Positions 1 through 9,300 of a stretch of 64,000 bases of DNA are shown here, in pieces. A model generated the notes under the pieces. It worked only from the letters and a program-made list of their open reading frames with translations, searched no databases and was not told where the DNA came from. The stretch is from Candidatus Wolfebacteria bacterium GW2011_GWB1_47_1 (GTDB lineage: Bacteria > Patescibacteriota > Minisyncoccia > UBA6257 > UBA9933). The stretch is taken from positions 683,969-747,968 of the forward strand of contig CP011209.1 in assembly GCA_001029635.1 (NCBI GenBank), read 5' to 3'. The translations under genes and the position numbers were made by a program. Within the stretch, counting starts at the first letter, position 1. Each line of letters starts with the position of its first letter.

Positions 1-952
1 TCTTGACAATTGCAGGAATCAACTTCCTTGGTAGTAGATCGTCAAGGCTATTACGGAACGTCTTGTTCTGATACTTCTTAAAATCCTTTTGCACGCGTTC
101 ATCTAACTGCGTAACAGACAGCGCCGGCTTTAGATCGAGCGTCAATAGAACTTCGGTCGTCTTATCTTTCAATACCTCTCCTACCCGCTTACTTATATCT
201 AATATAGCCGGTCCGCTCATGCCAAAGTGCGTAAATAGGATATTACCCGTTCGAACGGAGTCCTTTTTCCCATTAACCCTTAGCGTCACCTCAATATTGT
301 CCATACTCAACCCTTGTGTCTGCTTTACCCATCCATCACTTATCTTCAGCGGCACCAGTGCCGGGAACGGATTCAGTATCGTATGCCCCAGCGCTGAAGC
401 CCACTTTAATCCTTCTCCTGTTGCTCCGGTTTCCGGTCGTGACCTTCCTCCGGTCGCTAAAATATAAGCTTGCGCCTCAATCTCGCTTCCTCGTAAATTA
501 AGGTGAGTTAGCCTACCCTCCTTTTTATTGAATCCGGCAGCAGTCGCCTCGGTTGCAATAGTTACTCCTCCTTTTTCCATATATGACTTGAGCGCCTCAA
601 GCACGTCCGCTGCATCATTCGATACCGGAAACACCCGTTTACGATCCTCCATTTTCGTCTTAACTCCCAATCCTTCAAAAAAATCTATCGCTTGTCGCGT
701 ACCAAATGCCGCGATCGGTGAAAAGAAAAATTTGCCGTTCTTGCCAAGTTTTTCAATAAATTTGCGTGCATCCGTTTCAGCATTTGTCAGGTTACAACGA
801 CCTCCTCCTGTAATCAGCAGCTTCTTTCCCAATTCGGGATTTTTTTCAACCAAAATAACTCGAGCTCCCAGCTCCGCCGCTCGCCCCGCCGCCATCATAC
901 CCGCAGGACCTCCCCCTATTACCGCAACGTCAAATTGGTTCCGTTTTTTCAT
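1..952 (-). CDS. HI0933/BaiN-like NAD(P)/FAD-dependent flavoprotein (3' partial, runs off window start)
   Basis: Reverse-strand translation from the ATG at 952-950 reads MKKRNQFDVAVIGGGPAGMMAAGRAAELGARVILVEKNPELGKKLLITGGGRCNLTN... This gives a GxGxxG dinucleotide fold plus the GGGRCN motif typical of the HI0933 family. No stop occurs before position 1. The listed + ORF 528..1274 is its antisense shadow. Confidence 0.75.
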   Translation of the reverse strand, partial: MKKRNQFDVAVIGGGPAGMMAAGRAAELGARVILVEKNPELGKKLLITGGGRCNLTNAETDARKFIEKLGKNGKFFFSPIAAFGTRQAIDFFEGLGVKTKMEDRKRVFPVSNDAADVLEALKSYMEKGGVTIATEATAAGFNKKEGRLTHLNLRGSEIEAQAYILATGGRSRPETGATGEGLKWASALGHTILNPFPALVPLKISDGWVKQTQGLSMDNIEVTLRVNGKKDSVRTGNILFTHFGMSGPAILDISKRVGEVLKDKTTEVLLTLDLKPALSVTQLDERVQKDFKKYQNKTFRNSLDDLLPRKLIPAIVK

Positions 953-1133
953 GGTTGTAAATTGTACCCCCCCTTTTAATTTTTGGCATCTTTCCCGTTT
1001 TTGGCAATCTCCTGAGCATACCAGTATTCGGGGAAAAAGCAAATTACATACTCCATCTGATATACATAAGTATACCATATTGCCGACATACGTAACCAAA
1101 AACTCCGCCCGAATGGCGAAGTCCTTAGTACGT

Positions 1134-1517
1134 TTATTTGTACTGTTGCGGGTTGATCAAGAAGTCTTTTACCTTTTCAACCACTTCTTTGATCGGATGT
1201 TGACTCTTCACAAAGTAATCCTTTGCTCCAAGAGAGATCGCCTGCTTGATGTCCTCGTCACCATCAAGATTTGATAGTACGATCACCGGGAGGCTTTCCA
1301 AATCGCGATCTGCCTTGATATCCTTAAGGACATCGATACCATCGCGCTTCGGGAGCATTAAATCGAGCAGTACGAGATCCGGACGCATCTTTTGAATGAT
1401 CGGGAGTGCTACCTTTCCATCCATTGCCAACTCCACCTCAAATTCCTCGCTTTCAAATTTTTCTTTAAGAACTCTTGCCAGAGCCTCCTCGTCTTCGACG
1501 ATAACAATTTTATGCAT
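1134..1517 (-). CDS. receiver-only response regulator (CheY-like REC domain)
   Basis: MHKIVIVEDEE...LLDLMLPKRDG...K fits the REC domain consensus (acidic pocket DD/E, phospho-acceptor D in LLDLMLP, conserved K). No output domain is present. Start chosen at the ATG at 1517. Confidence 0.8.
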   Translation of the reverse strand: MHKIVIVEDEEALARVLKEKFESEEFEVELAMDGKVALPIIQKMRPDLVLLDLMLPKRDGIDVLKDIKADRDLESLPVIVLSNLDGDEDIKQAISLGAKDYFVKSQHPIKEVVEKVKDFLINPQQYK

Positions 1518-1570
1518 GATATACAGTATATAGTAAATATCTCCCTGGGTAAAGTATACACCCAATCGGC

Positions 1571-3286
1571 TTATTTGTTAATCTCCCCGATGCTTTGCAC
1601 GCAATATTTACCCGATTTTTCGATATTTTCACTTGCTCTTTTCGCCAGATGTCTAATTTCCGAAACCTCGGTCTCATCAATCTTATCATCGCTATACTTT
1701 TCTAGGATCCTATCGATATCCTTCTTGAGCATGGCGAGCATATTAGTCACATCGCGCTGACAAATAACAATCTTTCTTGAACGCTGCTCCCGCTCAAATT
1801 TTACGAATAACCATCCCGCAATAAACGCGCCGATCAGGCCGATGATCAATACCGTAAAAAACCAGAATTGGGTCATCTCAAACTTCCCTAGCACTAGTGC
1901 TGGCCGAGGGCGAACCCTAAATACGTCCGATGTTACCGGGTAGCTCAGCGCTCCTCGGCCATCCCGTGCCGTTACCTCGATCACGTAGTCACCCTTCTTT
2001 AGCGGCCGATCGAATCGTGTAGCCCAGCTGCCGTGCGCATCGGAGTGCGTTTCTATCGCTTGCTCGATTTGCCCCTCCTTTGTTTTTAATTGTACTTGTA
2101 ATGTTATATCGGGCAATGCTGTTCCGATAATATCGAGTCGCCCCTCTCCAACGAATACATCACTCGTGAGTGACGTGATTTTTGGCGCCTCAAGCGGTTT
2201 AATCTCAAGATCCAATATATTTTCCACTACGTTTCCCGCATTGTCTTCCGCTCCAACCTTTACTATATATTTCCCAGGTTTTAGCGGTTCGAACGTATAC
2301 GGACCCTTTTCTACCGTAAGCTGCCCACCTCCATTCATTTGGATAAAGTACCGCTTCAATCCGGAAAGACCGTCAGCCGCAGTATAATCCATAGTCGGTG
2401 TTGGACTATCGGTCGCTTCCCCTTCGCGTATGCGCACTTGGAATGCAGGTGGGGGTGTCGTGTCAATAGCGATACGATAATGCAATGTTGGCCCCCATCC
2501 AATATTATTTCTGAAGCGGACATGTAAGTACGAAACCCCTTCGCTCATTGGCGGGAAAATCTTATTATCAAACAACCCCTCCGAGCCAACCGGTATATGG
2601 GTTGGATCTTTACTTATCACGGTTGAGACATCAGTAATATCATTCGGCAACTGCCATGATGCCGAAAAACGGGTTACATGGCTATACCACGTTTCAGGAT
2701 CTCGATATCCCACTACCTGGATTTCCGGCTTTGCCGGGACGCGTTCCGCCCGTTCGGCGGGACGTGTGATCTGTGTCGGCTTCGGTGTGATCGTCTCAAG
2801 TTCTGATTTTGGAGCACTTGTAATCGAAAGCCCCTTCATTGAGGATAGGACGTTCGTGCCGCTTCCGTCGCTTGCCGTTACGGCTCCGTCAGTAAATACG
2901 ATATCCGTTTTTCCGCTCCCTTTAACTCGGAAGGTGACCTTAACAACCTGCAATGAACGCCCGGAAAATCCACTTGTGGATCCTCCGATAAAGTTCACCT
3001 GCCCGGAGTCATTTGAGAATGTAGGCTCGGTTAGCCAAAAATTAAAGACTGATCCACTCTTGTCGACACCTACAATCTCTAGTACATCCTTTGAAATCTG
3101 TACGACTCCTTGCACAGCATTAATTCCGGAACCTTCACTATCCACTTTCACATCAACTGTAAATTGGTCGCCAATGGCGAACGCATCCTTTTCGGTCGAC
3201 AACTGAAGCGTCGCCGCTGACGCAAGGTTAACCCCCGCAAACAATATCAGTGCAACGCTGACAAATAATGCAAGTATATGTTTCAT
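1571..3286 (-). CDS. membrane-anchored cohesin-domain surface protein
   Basis: Has a signal peptide (MKHILALFVSVALILFAGVNLASA). A ~140-aa domain (FTVDVKVDSEGSGINAVQGVVQISKDVLEIVGVDKSGSVFNFWL...VKVTFRVKGSGKTDIVFTDGAVTASDG) matches the cohesin beta-sandwich pattern. Ig-like regions follow, then a single C-terminal TM helix (FWFFTVLIIGLIGAFIAGWLFV) and a charged cytoplasmic tail. The alternative start at 3328 cannot be excluded. Confidence 0.6.
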   Translation of the reverse strand: MKHILALFVSVALILFAGVNLASAATLQLSTEKDAFAIGDQFTVDVKVDSEGSGINAVQGVVQISKDVLEIVGVDKSGSVFNFWLTEPTFSNDSGQVNFIGGSTSGFSGRSLQVVKVTFRVKGSGKTDIVFTDGAVTASDGSGTNVLSSMKGLSITSAPKSELETITPKPTQITRPAERAERVPAKPEIQVVGYRDPETWYSHVTRFSASWQLPNDITDVSTVISKDPTHIPVGSEGLFDNKIFPPMSEGVSYLHVRFRNNIGWGPTLHYRIAIDTTPPPAFQVRIREGEATDSPTPTMDYTAADGLSGLKRYFIQMNGGGQLTVEKGPYTFEPLKPGKYIVKVGAEDNAGNVVENILDLEIKPLEAPKITSLTSDVFVGEGRLDIIGTALPDITLQVQLKTKEGQIEQAIETHSDAHGSWATRFDRPLKKGDYVIEVTARDGRGALSYPVTSDVFRVRPRPALVLGKFEMTQFWFFTVLIIGLIGAFIAGWLFVKFEREQRSRKIVICQRDVTNMLAMLKKDIDRILEKYSDDKIDETEVSEIRHLAKRASENIEKSGKYCVQSIGEINK

Positions 3287-3349
3287 GACTCGGTTCGTAG
3301 TAAATGATCTTTTTTGTAAGTATAGCATAGAATGAACAGCGACACACTC

Positions 3350-6300
3350 TTAGCCGCCTATCGTCGACCTGATAAAAATGCTGAAGTCTGAGATATCAAC
3401 CTTCCCATCATCGTTCAAGTCGACTTGCCTTCTTTTTTCGGCATCCGTCGATCCAAATCGCGTCAAGAAAATACTCCAATCCCCAATATCGACACTTCCA
3501 TTATTATTCAAGTCGGCGCGCGTCACCAAAGTACGTGTTACCGTGAACACCTTTAGCGGAGACCAATCACTTTCAATGCCATTTTTATCAACCTGCTTTA
3601 CGCGGACTACATGCCCTCCATATGCGAGTTCGCGCGTATTAACCAGGAGTCGATATGTTCCTCCACTCCCTACCGCCACCTCTGTTTCGACCAGTTGTCC
3701 ATCGATTTCCGCCTTAACCACACTGCCCGGCGCCGCCGAACCGGTAAGCCCAACATTATTGCCGATGGTCACCGTACGCGACACCAACCCCGCGGTCGGC
3801 GCGATATACAAATTCTTCTCTTCGGTCGCACGCGTCACCTTGTCCATGGTGTAGGTCTTGATCTGCGCGATCTTCCCATCTTTGTCCAAGATGGCAAGCC
3901 CAAACGATTCCAATCCGCGCAATGCGCCCGAGAAGTCTATTGTGAACGTACCATCGGCGCGCACTTCGATGTCTCGCTCAAGCGGAATGTCCTGCCCACC
4001 AACACGCGCGAAAAGCGATACGCGAGCCCCCGGATACGCCCGCCCGGTAAAGGTAACGGACGGCGCAACATATACACCGCCGCCACCTCCCCCCCCACCT
4101 ACGGATGTCTGGCGAACAAAGAACATCACATCCTGCGTCGAGGTGATCCCTAATGTCGATGTCGAACCGGTCAAGCGCTCCAGCGACAACTGCACCGTTT
4201 CAGCAACGGTATCTGAGACCGTCACAGTCCCAATGCCGTCCACTATATTTACAAGAGCCCGACCATCCAATTTCATCGGTGACGACGTGATCGTTGAAGT
4301 ACTAAATACAAGATACACATCCTCCTGTACGGTCGCATCCAATCCGCCATCAGCATCCTGTGCCTGGATGATCACGACCGTATTTTCGTTCAGTCCAGCG
4401 TCTGCCGGATTAAGAACCACATACCGATCTGCCACTACCGGAGCCGCCGTCACAATCAATGAATCCGATGCATCGGCGATGCCCGCCGCTCCATCAGCAG
4501 CCGTTGCATTATCAGATGCCGTTATATCCCATGTACCGGCTTCTTCATCGTAATACCAGAATGTCGTTGACGCGAATCCGTTCGCAAGCGTCACGAATGA
4601 AATGGAGCTTGTGCCCGTTTCGGTCGCCTGAAATCGCGCCTGCGCACCCGTTGAACTGGTGTACAGGTACACGAGATTGCTCCCCGAGGTCACTACGTTC
4701 CCATACTGATCCTTTCGCGTTACCGTATATGACGTACTCGTTCCTGCCACTATACTGGTCTGATCGGTGAGCGTGAACTGCGTCACTGTTCCTGCGGTCC
4801 AGATGATCGACGCGGTGTCGGTCACGGCTAATCCTGTTCCCTGTGTATCGGACAGCGCCAAGTTGACGGTCTCCGCTACCGTATCAGTCAACGTAATCGT
4901 TCCTTCGCCATTTACGATATCAATCAATACCTGTCCATTGGTCAGTCCGGTGCCGCTTACCGATGTCACACCCGTGACCAGTGTCACATCATTTTGATAG
5001 TTCGTGTCGATATTTCCAAAATCATCCTGCACCTGCACCGTCACCAACGAAGATGCTCCCGCTGCCAAGGTCTGCGGATCCGGTTCCGGCTCAAATACGA
5101 ACCGGGTTCCGGTCGCAACCTGCACCGATATCATATCGGATGCATCGATGATACCCGCCACTCCATCCGGCGCGGTCGCATTATCCGAGGCAGTGATCGT
5201 GTGATCTCCGCTGGTCTCTTCGTAATACCACGCACTCTGCGATGACTGGCCGCCGCCGATCGTCACGCTCGTTACCACATTGCCATTTGTTGCAGCATCA
5301 TAGAATGATGTGCCTACTCCTGCTGGATTCGCATAGAGATATGCCGTCGTATCGCCCGCTGTTACCGGGTTATTGAACTGATCCTTGCGCACCACCGTAT
5401 ATTGCACACGGCTTGCCGGGTTCATACTGGTCCGATCATTGATCGTGAACTTGGCGATCGCCGCCGGATCGATCACGATATCATCGTATCCGATCACTGC
5501 GCCCGTCTGAGTAGTCACCTGATAAGACCCTGCCACTTCGTTGTAATACCAAAACTGTGCCGAAGCATTCCCGGCATCAATCGCCACTGACGTAATTACC
5601 GAGCTTGAGGTTGAGTTGCTGCCATAAAACGTCCCCGGGGACGTCGTTGGCGTTGCCGAAATACCTACGGTTATCGAACTGCTAGTGATCTGATTATTGT
5701 ATTGATCGGTGCGCGTGACCGTGTACGCGACCAGATCTCCGGCCGTCGCATTGACCACGTTGTTCAGATTCAATTTTGCGAATGCGCCCACTCCGAACAT
5801 CACATCCTGGGTTGATGTAGCCGCCAAGCCCGTGCTCTGCGTGTCCGACAGCGACAATGTCACGGTCTCCGCTACTGTATCGCTTACCTGGGTCGTGCCA
5901 ATGCCACCTTCAAGATCTACCAATACCGGATTGGCGACCGCACTCCCCGTTACCAACAATGTCACATCTTCGGTAAAGCTCGGCACTACCTGGCCAAATT
6001 CATCCAATGCCCGCACGGTCACCGTGATCGAGGCATCCACCGTACCATCGGTCGGATCTACGATCTCAAACCGCACCGCAGTCGGTGTCACTAAAATTTC
6101 ATTTGATGCATCATTAATACCTTCATCTCCGTCCGGCGCGGTCGCATTGTCCGAGACCGTTACAGTCGTTGTTGCCGGCGTATTGCTATAGAACCAGAAA
6201 CTGGTCGTTGCATTGCCCGGTGTAAACGCGATCGCAGTGATCTCGTTACCGCCCGCATCTGTGTCATAAAACTTTGCCGTACTGGTCGGGCTTGCATACA

Positions 6301-9300
6301 TATATGCAGGCGTCGTGCTCGCGCTTACGAAGTTACCGTATTGATCCTTGCGTCCCGCAACAAATTCCTTGCGCGTATTCTGCTCCATATCACCACTATG
6401 CGTCAATGAGAACTGCGCGACCGCTCCCGGCGCAAATACCACATCCTGTGTCGAAGATGCAACATTCAGTCCGGTGCCCTGCGAATCTAATAGCGAAAGG
6501 AATACCGTTTCCGCTATGGTATTCGAAATGGTTGTTGTACCCGATCCGTTGATGATATCCACCAACGTACTGGTCGCATTTACCTGTCCACCCGTGCTCG
6601 ACGCGATTAGCGTTACATCGCTCTGATAATCGGTGATCAAGCGCCCCAGATTGTCCTGCGCCTGCACTACGACCGTGATCGGTGCGTCCACCGTACCATC
6701 GGTCGGATTGATAATCATAAATCGGGTTGCCACCGCATTGACCGCAATGGTACTGGTCGCATCGTTGATGCCCGCATTGCCATCGGGAGCCGTTCCATTG
6801 TCCGACGATGTGATCGTATAGGTGCCCGGCTCTTCATCGTAATACCATGCCGCTGTTGTACTCGCCCCGGACCCGATGATCGCTGAGGTTATCACCGTTC
6901 CATTGGTCGCGGCGTTGTAAAACACAGCCGACGATGAGGTCGATGTCGTATAGAAATAAACGGTCGTATCCGGACCACTGGTCACCGGATTACCGTACTG
7001 GTCCTTTCGTGTCGTCACAAATCCCGCACGATCTCCCACATTGAGCGTTGCCGGTCCGGCGAGCGCAAGCTGCGTGATCACACCATGCGCAAAGGTCGCC
7101 GATGTGGTCGCGCTTACATCCAAACCCGTTCCTTGTGTATCGGTCAGTGACAATGTCACGGTCTCCGCTACCGTATCCGATATGGTCGTTGTCCCTGCGC
7201 CGTTCACGATATTAACCAGTATGCTCTCCGGCGTTGCAGAGTCGCTCGCATTGAGCGTTATGTCGCTTTGATAATTAGTCACTACCGTTCCATTTTCGCG
7301 CTGCGCCTGGATCGTGGCCGTGATCGGCCCATCTACAGTGCCGCTGTACGGAGCGCCACTAAATGCAAACTTCACCGCACCGCGGGAAATGATAAATGGA
7401 GATGTCGCCGTTCCTCCGCCCGGCCCTGGATTGGTCACTTCAACGGTCGATGTTCCAAACGTTGCCAATAATGATGCCGGGATGCTCGTTTCGATGACCG
7501 TCGTCGAACTTGCCGAGATCGTCAATAACGTACCATCAAAGGTCACCGTCGTACCGCCGATAAAGTTCGTACCATCGATCGTTAACGATGTCGTAGCACT
7601 TCCTTCTTCCGCAGTATCGGGGACCAGCGAAGTAATGGTGGGCGTCTGATTTTTTCTCAGGAATGTGACACTTGTCGTTGAAAGCCCCCCACCTGGAGCC
7701 GGGTTAAATGCGGTAATGGTCGACGTGCCCGCGGTCGTCAACATTGCCGCTGGAATGGTGGCGGTTGCCGTCGTTGCATTGATAAGCGTGGTCGTTAGGT
7801 CGTCGCCATCAAAGCGGATCACTGTTGACGATACGAACCCTACTCCCGTTACGGTAATGATCGTATCCGGCGATCCGATGAACGCTTCACTTGGGTCGAC
7901 ACTAGTGACACTCGGAGTCGGGTTTCTTCGGATGAACGTTTGCCCGCCCGATGTTCCTCCGCCCGGGGTCGGATTAAACACAGTCACGGTCGATGTTCCT
8001 ACTGTCGTCAGCATTGCAGCTGGAATGGTGGCGGTCAGTTCGGTCGGGCTTACATACGTTGTTGTCAGATTGCTACCATCAAAGCGCGCGACGGATATCG
8101 CATAGAAATTAGTGCCGGTCAATGTGATCAGTGTATCCCCGCTTCCTACGTTTGCTTCAGCCGGGTCGATACTCGTCAATGTTGGCGCGCGGTAGTGGAC
8201 ATTGGTCGTGGTCGCCGCAGAGCCTCCGCCCGGTGTCGGGTTGGTGACCGTCAATGAGAATGCGCCGGTGGTCGAAGCGACCGCGGCGGGTACCGTTGCA
8301 ACTATCTCGGTCGCGCTGTTTGTCGTTGACACCAGTGTTGCTCCTGCAAACACAACCACTGAACTGCTGTAAAAATTGGTGCCGGTGATCGTAACGACCG
8401 TCTCTTCATTTACATAGATCGGATCTGGTGCGGCGGTAGTGATGGTCGGCGTCTTGTGATGCACATTGAATGTCTGCGTATTGGATGTTCCTCCGCCTGG
8501 AGTCGGGCTGAACACGGTTATCTGCACCGTATCGGTCGCGGTCGTCAGATCGCTTGCGGGAATGGTCGCTTCAAGCGTGGTCGACGATATATAGGAAGTG
8601 ACCCGGTCCGATCCATTGAATCGCACCACGGAGTCGGAGACGAAGAACGTTCCATTTACCGTCAATGTAAATTGCGCGTCGTTCACAAACTTCGTATCGG
8701 GACTGATCCCGGTCGTGGTCGGCGTCGGATTCAGTTTTGCAAATGGCCTTCCTTCGGAAGTTCCCCCTCCTGGGGTTGGCGTGAACACGGTCACAGTCGA
8801 TGTGCCTACTGTCGTCAGCATTGCAGCTGGAATGGTGGCGGTCAGTTCGGTCGGGCTTACATACGTTGTTGTCAGATTGCTACCATCAAAGCGCGCGACG
8901 GATATCGCATAGAAATTAGTGCCGGTCAATGTGATCAGTGTATCCCCGCTTCCTACGTTTGCTTCAGCCGGGTCGATACTCGTCAATGTTGGCGCGCGGT
9001 AGTGGACATTGGTCGTGGTCGCCGCAGAGCCTCCGCCCGGTGTCGGGTTGGTGACCGTCAATGAGAATGCGCCGGTGGTCGAAGCGACCGATGCTGGCAA
9101 CGTCGCCGTGATACTTGTTGAACCGGTCGTGGTGGACGACAAAGTCGTTCCCGCAAATTTCACTACGGAAGCGCCATAGAAGTTAGTGCCGGTGATCGTG
9201 AGTATCGTGGTCTCATTTACATACACCGGGTCGGGGGTGTTGGACGTGATGGTCGGCGCGCGGTAGTGGACATTGAGATTTCTTGTATCCTCACCCCCTC

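Noticed and set aside
528-1274. 248-aa + strand ORF
   Set aside because: It is antisense to a well-supported HI0933-like flavoprotein gene (GxGxxG start at 952-950 on the minus strand). Low-complexity composition and no motifs.
7998-9090. Possible CRISPR array suggested by repeated sequence
   Set aside because: The repeats are 286 bp long and in frame within a coding sequence, with no short repeat-spacer periodicity. No CRISPR-like array was seen anywhere in the window.
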